Of a stretch of 29,181 nt of DNA, positions 24,478-29,181 are shown in pieces. Made by a program: the position numbers and the translations under genes. Each line of letters opens with the position of its first letter. Position 1 is the first letter of the stretch. Source of the stretch: a virus. Taxonomy: Duplodnaviria; Caudoviricetes. Where the stretch lies: IMG/VR virus record IMGVR_UViG_3300037851_000555, positions 1 through 29,181 of that record, one strand, 5' to 3'. The notes under the pieces are model-generated. The model worked only from the letters and a program-made list of their open reading frames with translations. It was not told the origin of the DNA and ran no database searches.

Positions 24478-25055
24478 GACAGGTTGTAGTTCTGTGCAGC
24501 ACTTCCAAAGTAGGTAGTGCCGTTGTAGTAGAACACGTAGATGTCCACGCGGCTCAGTGCACTGGTCATCGTCGGCGTGGAGGACCCTGGCCATTCGACT
24601 CCCACGGGCCACGTCAACGTCTTCGCTGCACTTGCATTCTGCACGACCTCCAGCACCAGGCCGCTCGTCGGGCCCGGCGGTGCAGTGAACGCAAAGGTCG
24701 TATTCTCCGTCAGCGTGATCTTCTGCTTCAGGCCGTTGTTCCAGTTCACCGCCGCAGTGCCGCTGGAGCTGGTGACGGTCACCACTCCCTCGAAGGTTGC
24801 AGTCTTCAACCCCCCGAGGTCATTGTTCGCGAAGTCAACGTCGCCCGCCATCTCTCCCCCGGCGAGCGGCAATGGAGCCACATTCAGCTCCGTGTGCGTG
24901 CGGGTGACGGCCCCTGTGACATTCGGAAAGGTGGACTTTATCGTGGACTTGATGAGTCTCAGATGGTCATTCCCCTCGTGCAGCGTCCCAACCTCATCTT
25001 CCGCAGGGTAGGACGCATTCAACCCACTGATATACGTGGCCGTCTCGACAGTCAT
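24474..25055 (-). CDS. putative tail fibre/adaptor protein, 193 aa
   Basis: N-terminal ETATYISGLN..YP...EG.DHLRLIKS..K.TFPN and C-terminal LTWP..V.WPG..TPT.T....VDIY.F, both patterns typical of phage tail fibre proteins. Confidence 0.65.
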   Translation of the reverse strand: MTVETATYISGLNASYPAEDEVGTLHEGNDHLRLIKSTIKSTFPNVTGAVTRTHTELNVAPLPLAGGEMAGDVDFANNDLGGLKTATFEGVVTVTSSSGTAAVNWNNGLKQKITLTENTTFAFTAPPGPTSGLVLEVVQNASAAKTLTWPVGVEWPGSSTPTMTSALSRVDIYVFYYNGTTYFGSAAQNYNLS

Positions 25056-25065
25056 TTTCCACCCC

Positions 25066-25257
25066 TCAAATGTTTGCCACTCCGCCAAGGCCCGGCAGCG
25101 CCACCACAATTCTCACATCTACCCCCGTCAGCACCGGTTCCCCATCCTTCCACTCAATGCGGAACTCGTGGCCGTCAGTAGTCCGGAGGATGAGCTTCGA
25201 CCCGTCAGTCAAGGCCGCCTCCAGCACTTTTCCAGCCATATGCGCAGTAATGTTCAT
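25066..25257 (-). CDS. hypothetical protein, 63 aa
   Basis: ATGA-coupled with the upstream gene and fills the gap. Confidence 0.65.
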   Translation of the reverse strand: MNITAHMAGKVLEAALTDGSKLILRTTDGHEFRIEWKDGEPVLTGVDVRIVVALPGLGGVANI

Positions 25258-25685
25258 GCGATTCGCAGGATAGCGTTCGACGCGTCGGCCGTCGGGAACT
25301 GCACTGTAAACGTACCAGAGGAGACTGTCTTGTCACTCCCGAAGGCAAGAGAGCAAACCGCTGGATCGCCCGAGGCAGTGTTGTTGTAGATCAGCGCCCC
25401 GTTCGCCGTGAAGCTCGCAGACGTCCAGCTCTCATCATCGAAGTCAGTATAGGCCGTTGTGCCACTAGACGTAGGCGTGACCTGCGTGAGAACATTCCCC
25501 GCGGCGGTGTACCCGGTCCCAGAGATCTCGTTGGTTGCGCTATAGGCAGTCGTCGAAGCCCCAAGGGTAGCGCTCGAGGTATAGAGCGCCATCTTGAACT
25601 CGTGCCCAGTCGAGGCAGTAAAATCATGAATAGCCTTAAGGATCTCCACCTTAAAGCTGGTGCACATCGCAGTAGAAATTGCCAT
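25254..25685 (-). CDS. conserved phage structural protein, 143 aa
   Basis: MAI..AMCTSFK.E.L...HDF....FK.ALY...GTGYTA.G...GALIYN pattern recognised from phage tail regions. GGAGG SD. Confidence 0.75.
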   Translation of the reverse strand: MAISTAMCTSFKVEILKAIHDFTASTGHEFKMALYTSSATLGASTTAYSATNEISGTGYTAAGNVLTQVTPTSSGTTAYTDFDDESWTSASFTANGALIYNNTASGDPAVCSLAFGSDKTVSSGTFTVQFPTADASNAILRIA

Positions 25686-26387
25686 CTAAACCTCCTGCCA
25701 GGTGGAGACCACCCCACTGACGCTCGTCCAAGTATTAGCAGCTGGGGCGACAGATGTCCAGAGGCCTCCAACTAGGTCTCCGGAGACTGTTACCGTCCCA
25801 ATTTCGCCCACCGCAGATATGCCCTCAGGGGCCATTACATAGTCCCAGAGCAGGCTCAGCTCTCCGACCCCGCCGGTGCCCACCACCCCCACAACGTCCG
25901 CGTACGTAACGCTGGCGGAGGTTACAGTAACGCTCCCAATCGCGCCAGTAGCCGAGACACCAGTGACGGCCAGAAGGTAGTCGAACAGAACAGAGGCGGA
26001 CCCAACCGCCCCAATCACCTCTACCCCGGTCACCTGCGTGGTAGAGCTGAAAGTTACACTGACCGCGCCAACTGCGCCAGTAGCCCCTACACCGGTAATC
26101 GGCACGTCTTGGCCGCCGGTGTTGTTGTCTATGTCTACATTTATAGTCGGCCCGTCATTAGCGTGGCCAGTAGCAGATACGCCAGTGACAGTAGCTACAG
26201 TCGAAGCGGCTGCGACAACCGTACCGAGACTGCCTGCCGCAGATACCCCAGTGACAGTAACGGTAGGACTGAGGGCTGTAGAGGCATCCCCGACTGCGCC
26301 AGCCGCCGAGACGCCTGTTACGGTGACCGTCGTCCCGCCCGCAGCGGACGAGGTGCCGATCAGCAGTGGGCGGAGGATGCGGGGCAT
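25686..26387 (-). CDS. repetitive Val/Thr/Gly tail fibre-like protein, 233 aa
   Basis: About 8 copies of VTGVSAxGAVG at roughly 23-aa spacing. Confidence 0.7.
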   Translation of the reverse strand: MPRILRPLLIGTSSAAGGTTVTVTGVSAAGAVGDASTALSPTVTVTGVSAAGSLGTVVAAASTVATVTGVSATGHANDGPTINVDIDNNTGGQDVPITGVGATGAVGAVSVTFSSTTQVTGVEVIGAVGSASVLFDYLLAVTGVSATGAIGSVTVTSASVTYADVVGVVGTGGVGELSLLWDYVMAPEGISAVGEIGTVTVSGDLVGGLWTSVAPAANTWTSVSGVVSTWQEV

Positions 26388-27185
26388 TTAGACGGGAGAA
26401 ATAATCTGGTAGGGGTCTAAAGAGAGGCTCGACATCCAGGCGCCAGACAATGGAACATCGAATATCATGGCGAACTCGGCTGTTCCGATGGGCGATTCTC
26501 CGATAGACGCAGCGCTCTTGCCCAGAAGAGTAAGCCCGTCAAAGGTTGTTGGCTCAGTTGAATATTCTTCCGTGTTTGTTCTGTCCGAAGATGAACTGAA
26601 ATAGGCCCCATTTTTATACCATAACGGCGAGTTTGATAAGCCATTCCTGGTTACTCCGTAAACTATAAATTTACCAGTTTCGTAAAATCCATCGGACGAT
26701 TCCGCTATATAGGCTATCGTCCCGCTGCCGGCAGTCGTCACATATAATGTTGTTACCGATGCAGAATATTGCAGCCCAACAGCGAGATGTTGGTATGGTT
26801 GATTCCATGTCGCTTCGGTATCAAAGGCGATTGACACTAACGAATTATATCGAGTGACAGTATTTAGCTCCGCGCCGGCGATGACCGTGAATTTTCCTTG
26901 TAGTTCTTTTTTATAAGCCCTATTAGAAATTACCCAATTCCACCCAGACGTGCTATCGGGAGTCGATACGGCTAACCCTCTAACACCGCGCAGCAAGGCG
27001 GTCGTCTGCAAAGGGGTTCCTTTACCGCCACTGACAATCTCATCTCTGCCCGGAATGCAAAAAGCGACTATATTTTTCGCGAGCGGGTGGTTGTTATCTA
27101 TGCGAACAGGCCCCAGCGGCTGCATCCTCGGCACCAACAGCCTCGGCTCGCGCAGCATCACCTCATCGACGGCCGCAATCGCCAC
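26388..27185 (-). CDS. putative receptor-binding protein with concanavalin A/LamG-like domain, 265 aa
   Basis: GTG start 2 nt after the upstream stop. QP.GPVRID..HPL N-terminus, YKNG and F.IFD.PLS...DPYQI C-terminus. AT-rich core. Confidence 0.6.
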   Translation of the reverse strand: MAIAAVDEVMLREPRLLVPRMQPLGPVRIDNNHPLAKNIVAFCIPGRDEIVSGGKGTPLQTTALLRGVRGLAVSTPDSTSGWNWVISNRAYKKELQGKFTVIAGAELNTVTRYNSLVSIAFDTEATWNQPYQHLAVGLQYSASVTTLYVTTAGSGTIAYIAESSDGFYETGKFIVYGVTRNGLSNSPLWYKNGAYFSSSSDRTNTEEYSTEPTTFDGLTLLGKSAASIGESPIGTAEFAMIFDVPLSGAWMSSLSLDPYQIISPV

Positions 27186-27187
27186 GA

Positions 27188-27652
27188 TTACGCCTCGTCC
27201 GCCATGTACGAGTGCGGCCGCCAGGAAACAGTATTGCCGCTGGCTGCCAACGCCACATTGGCGCGACTGCGAACAGCAGGCTTCCACTTTCCTTGTGGCA
27301 GGCTTACTCCCCGCAGTACTGCGCGCTGCGTTGCAGTTGTACCAGTTGTGGGGACGAAGCCAACGAAATATGGCGTATTTTCCTGCTCGTCCGATGTGCC
27401 GGTCGTCCACGTCGGATAGTTGGTGCCGTCCAGCGTCGGTACGACGTACAGCTCAATGCCACTGTCAGTGCCAGTAAAGGCAGCCGAGGCGAGGTAGACC
27501 TCGAAATCGGCAAGGGCGTACTTGTTGGTGCTGTTGTCGATCTCGGTGCCGAGAGCCGACCAGCCGTTGTCCGCTAGCGAATTCAGCTCCGTCGTCAGGC
27601 ACGTTGCCGCGCTGGCCAGATAGCCACTGAGTTTGGTTGTTGCATCAGCCAT
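27188..27652 (-). CDS. hypothetical tail-region protein, 154 aa
   Basis: GAGGTGA SD. Beta-rich ELY.VP..DGTNY and ALAASGNT patterns. Confidence 0.75.
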   Translation of the reverse strand: MADATTKLSGYLASAATCLTTELNSLADNGWSALGTEIDNSTNKYALADFEVYLASAAFTGTDSGIELYVVPTLDGTNYPTWTTGTSDEQENTPYFVGFVPTTGTTATQRAVLRGVSLPQGKWKPAVRSRANVALAASGNTVSWRPHSYMADEA

Positions 27653-27660
27653 AGGTCACC

Positions 27661-28140
27661 TCACGCGGCCAGGGCGCGGACAATGTCATCCGCAGAAAGC
27701 ATGCCTTCCCAGCCAAGCGTTGCTGGGGTCGCCGTCGTCCCGGTACCCGTCGAGAACAGCTTCTCGGCCTTCGTGGCCGTCCGCTTGGCGGCTGCAGTCA
27801 ACTGAGTCCGCGTCGTGGTATTCGAGGCCCAGCAGTCCATAAGGCCCTGCCGCACGTTGGCGCTTCCCGCGTTGATGGCCGCGGTCATGGATTGAGTCAG
27901 CCACTCCCAGATACGCGCCTTGCCGGCAGTCAGTGCATCGACCTCGGTCCAGACGATCGCCTCTCGGTACATGTCAGGGGACAGATCGCTGCGCCAAACG
28001 ATCCAGGCCGGGCTCGTCGGCTCATTGAGCCAGTTAGCCATCGCGCCCGTGGCGCCCTGGTTGCGATAGTTCACGAAGGTCGCGTCCGTCTCGGCATTGA
28101 TCGCGGCCTTGAGCGTTGTCAGTTGAGCGGTCGTCAGCAT
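27661..28140 (-). CDS. hypothetical tail-region protein, 159 aa
   Basis: GAGGA SD and ATG 28140 (MLTTAQLTTLKAAI...EKLFSTGTGT). Confidence 0.8.
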   Translation of the reverse strand: MLTTAQLTTLKAAINAETDATFVNYRNQGATGAMANWLNEPTSPAWIVWRSDLSPDMYREAIVWTEVDALTAGKARIWEWLTQSMTAAINAGSANVRQGLMDCWASNTTTRTQLTAAAKRTATKAEKLFSTGTGTTATPATLGWEGMLSADDIVRALAA

Positions 28141-28247
28141 TAGCACATCCTCACGATGATGGAGTCAGGCCACACGAGCGGCCACGGCGGCAGGCCGGGC
28201 GGCAGCGGCGGCCACCAAAGATGGGCGAGCAAAAGTGCGGCGGTCAT
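28140..28247 (-). CDS. Trp/Pro-rich peptide, 35 aa (MTAALLLAHLWWPPLPPGLPPWPLVWPDSIIVRMC)
   Basis: Start overlaps the upstream stop (ATGA) and its TAA overlaps the downstream ATG (TAATG). Confidence 0.6.
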   Translation of the reverse strand: MTAALLLAHLWWPPLPPGLPPWPLVWPDSIIVRMC

Positions 28248-28435
28248 TCGGCGAGCACCTCGCGGGCTCGCCGCATCACATCCCATCCAAGCATCCCGTA
28301 GGCATTTTTGATCTCGACGTCAGCCATGCGCCCGGCCGTTACAGCAAGTAACGATCCAAGCATCAGGCGCAGCCGCTCGATCTCCTCCGCCTGTAGCCGG
28401 ATCGTCTCGTCCTTGGTCAGGGTGTCAGCGGTCAC
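28244..28435 (-). CDS. hypothetical protein, 63 aa
   Basis: GGAGG SD and GTGA overlap with the o-spanin stop (MTADTLTKDE...). Confidence 0.65.
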   Translation of the reverse strand: MTADTLTKDETIRLQAEEIERLRLMLGSLLAVTAGRMADVEIKNAYGMLGWDVMRRAREVLAE

Positions 28436-28713
28436 CGCGGCACCTCCGCTAGTTCGTGGACGACGGCTTCGCACTCCTCCACCGCCTGATGCAGCAGCAC
28501 GTCGCGCAGCGCGAGCGCCCGATAGGTCTCGTCGCGCAGGCACTGCAGGTCAGCCGCCGGCACGGTCGGCAGGTCTGGCCGCGTCAGCGTCACAATTGGC
28601 TTGACGCATGCGCCAGGCGCTGCGCAGCCAGTCAGCGCGAGCATGACGAGGACGACGCAGACGATGATGATCAGCGTCCAGGCCGACTCGATGAGGCGCC
28701 AACCGTCCATCAT
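28432..28713 (-). CDS. o-spanin (Rz1-like outer-membrane lipoprotein), 93 aa
   Basis: Hydrophobic signal peptide, lipobox LTGC, Pro-rich segment RPDLPTVP, additional Cys residues. ATGA-coupled to the i-spanin. Confidence 0.75.
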   Translation of the reverse strand: MMDGWRLIESAWTLIIIVCVVLVMLALTGCAAPGACVKPIVTLTRPDLPTVPAADLQCLRDETYRALALRDVLLHQAVEECEAVVHELAEVPR

Positions 28714-28991
28714 GGCCCCCACCCCTGATCCTCGAACAGATCACGCTGCGTGCGCGCGGCCAGGTCCTCGCGGACGATCCGCGCCCGCTCGCGCAGCTCC
28801 GACTGCTTGGTGATGATCCGCAGCTGCGCCTTGCGCGCCGCCTGCAGCGCCGCTGACCGCGCCTCGGCCTTGCGTGCGTCCGCCCGGGCCACGCGCCACG
28901 CAGCCCACAGACCGCCCAGCGCCAGCAGGGTGATTCCAATCCCCAGGCCCCAGAGCTTGAGGCGCAGCGGCAAGGCGAGCAACCAAGTCAT
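28710..28991 (-). CDS. i-spanin (Rz-like), 93 aa
   Basis: One N-terminal TM helix, then an Ala/Arg coiled coil, immediately upstream of the lipoprotein gene. Confidence 0.75.
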   Translation of the reverse strand: MTWLLALPLRLKLWGLGIGITLLALGGLWAAWRVARADARKAEARSAALQAARKAQLRIITKQSELRERARIVREDLAARTQRDLFEDQGWGP

Positions 28992-28992
28992 C

Positions 28993-29103
28993 TCACCAGT
29001 CTCCTGCCACGACGGCTACCACGAGCGAGAAAACGAGCCAGACGGCGAGGAACAGGCCCTCGCCGTCTTGCAGCACCGCCCACACTGCGAGCGGGTCCGG
29101 CAT
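28993..29103 (-). CDS. small single-TM membrane peptide, 36 aa (MPDPLAVWAVLQDGEGLFLAVWLVFSLVVAVVAGDW)
   Basis: ATG 3 nt after the upstream TAG, and stop 1 nt before the i-spanin start. Confidence 0.55.
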   Translation of the reverse strand: MPDPLAVWAVLQDGEGLFLAVWLVFSLVVAVVAGDW

Positions 29104-29106
29104 CGG

Positions 29107-29181
29107 CTACTTCTTCTTGGTCGCTACGCCCACCGTCGATCCCGGCTCCGCCGTCTCTGGCAGATCCAGGATAGGGCGCTC
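29107..29181 (-). CDS. 3' end of an upstream gene (truncated by window end)
   Basis: Open frame ...ERPILDLPETAEPGSTVGVATKKK* ending at TAG 29107-29109. Confidence 0.45.
   Translation of the reverse strand, partial: ERPILDLPETAEPGSTVGVATKKK

Overview
About 29 kb of a high-GC, tailed dsDNA phage with podovirus-type virion genes. The spanin pair points to a Gram-negative host. The + strand (1-12880) carries a cluster of small early genes driven by repeated sigma70-like promoter modules. It then carries a recombination/replication module: a Cas4/RecB-like PD-(D/E)xK nuclease, an AAA_24/Sak4-like ATPase, a DUF669-like putative SSB, a ParB-DNA methyltransferase fusion, a family A DNA polymerase and a DUF3987-like ATPase/helicase. 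The polymerase is N-terminally fused to a uracil-DNA glycosylase and split in two, with an HNH endonuclease gene and a 61-aa ORF between the halves. The - strand (12841-29181) carries spanins and small lysis-region ORFs, tail and tail-fibre-like genes, a tail tube/stabilisation protein, a GNAT-like protein and candidate ejection proteins up to 1715 aa. No capsid, portal, terminase, primase, integrase, tRNA or CRISPR array was seen in the window. The most unusual element is the split UDG-exonuclease-PolA with non-canonical active-site residues (Asp at the steric gate, His at position 762). It co-occurs with an apparent C-rich + strand regardless of gene direction. All family assignments come from motif recognition by eye, with no database searches.
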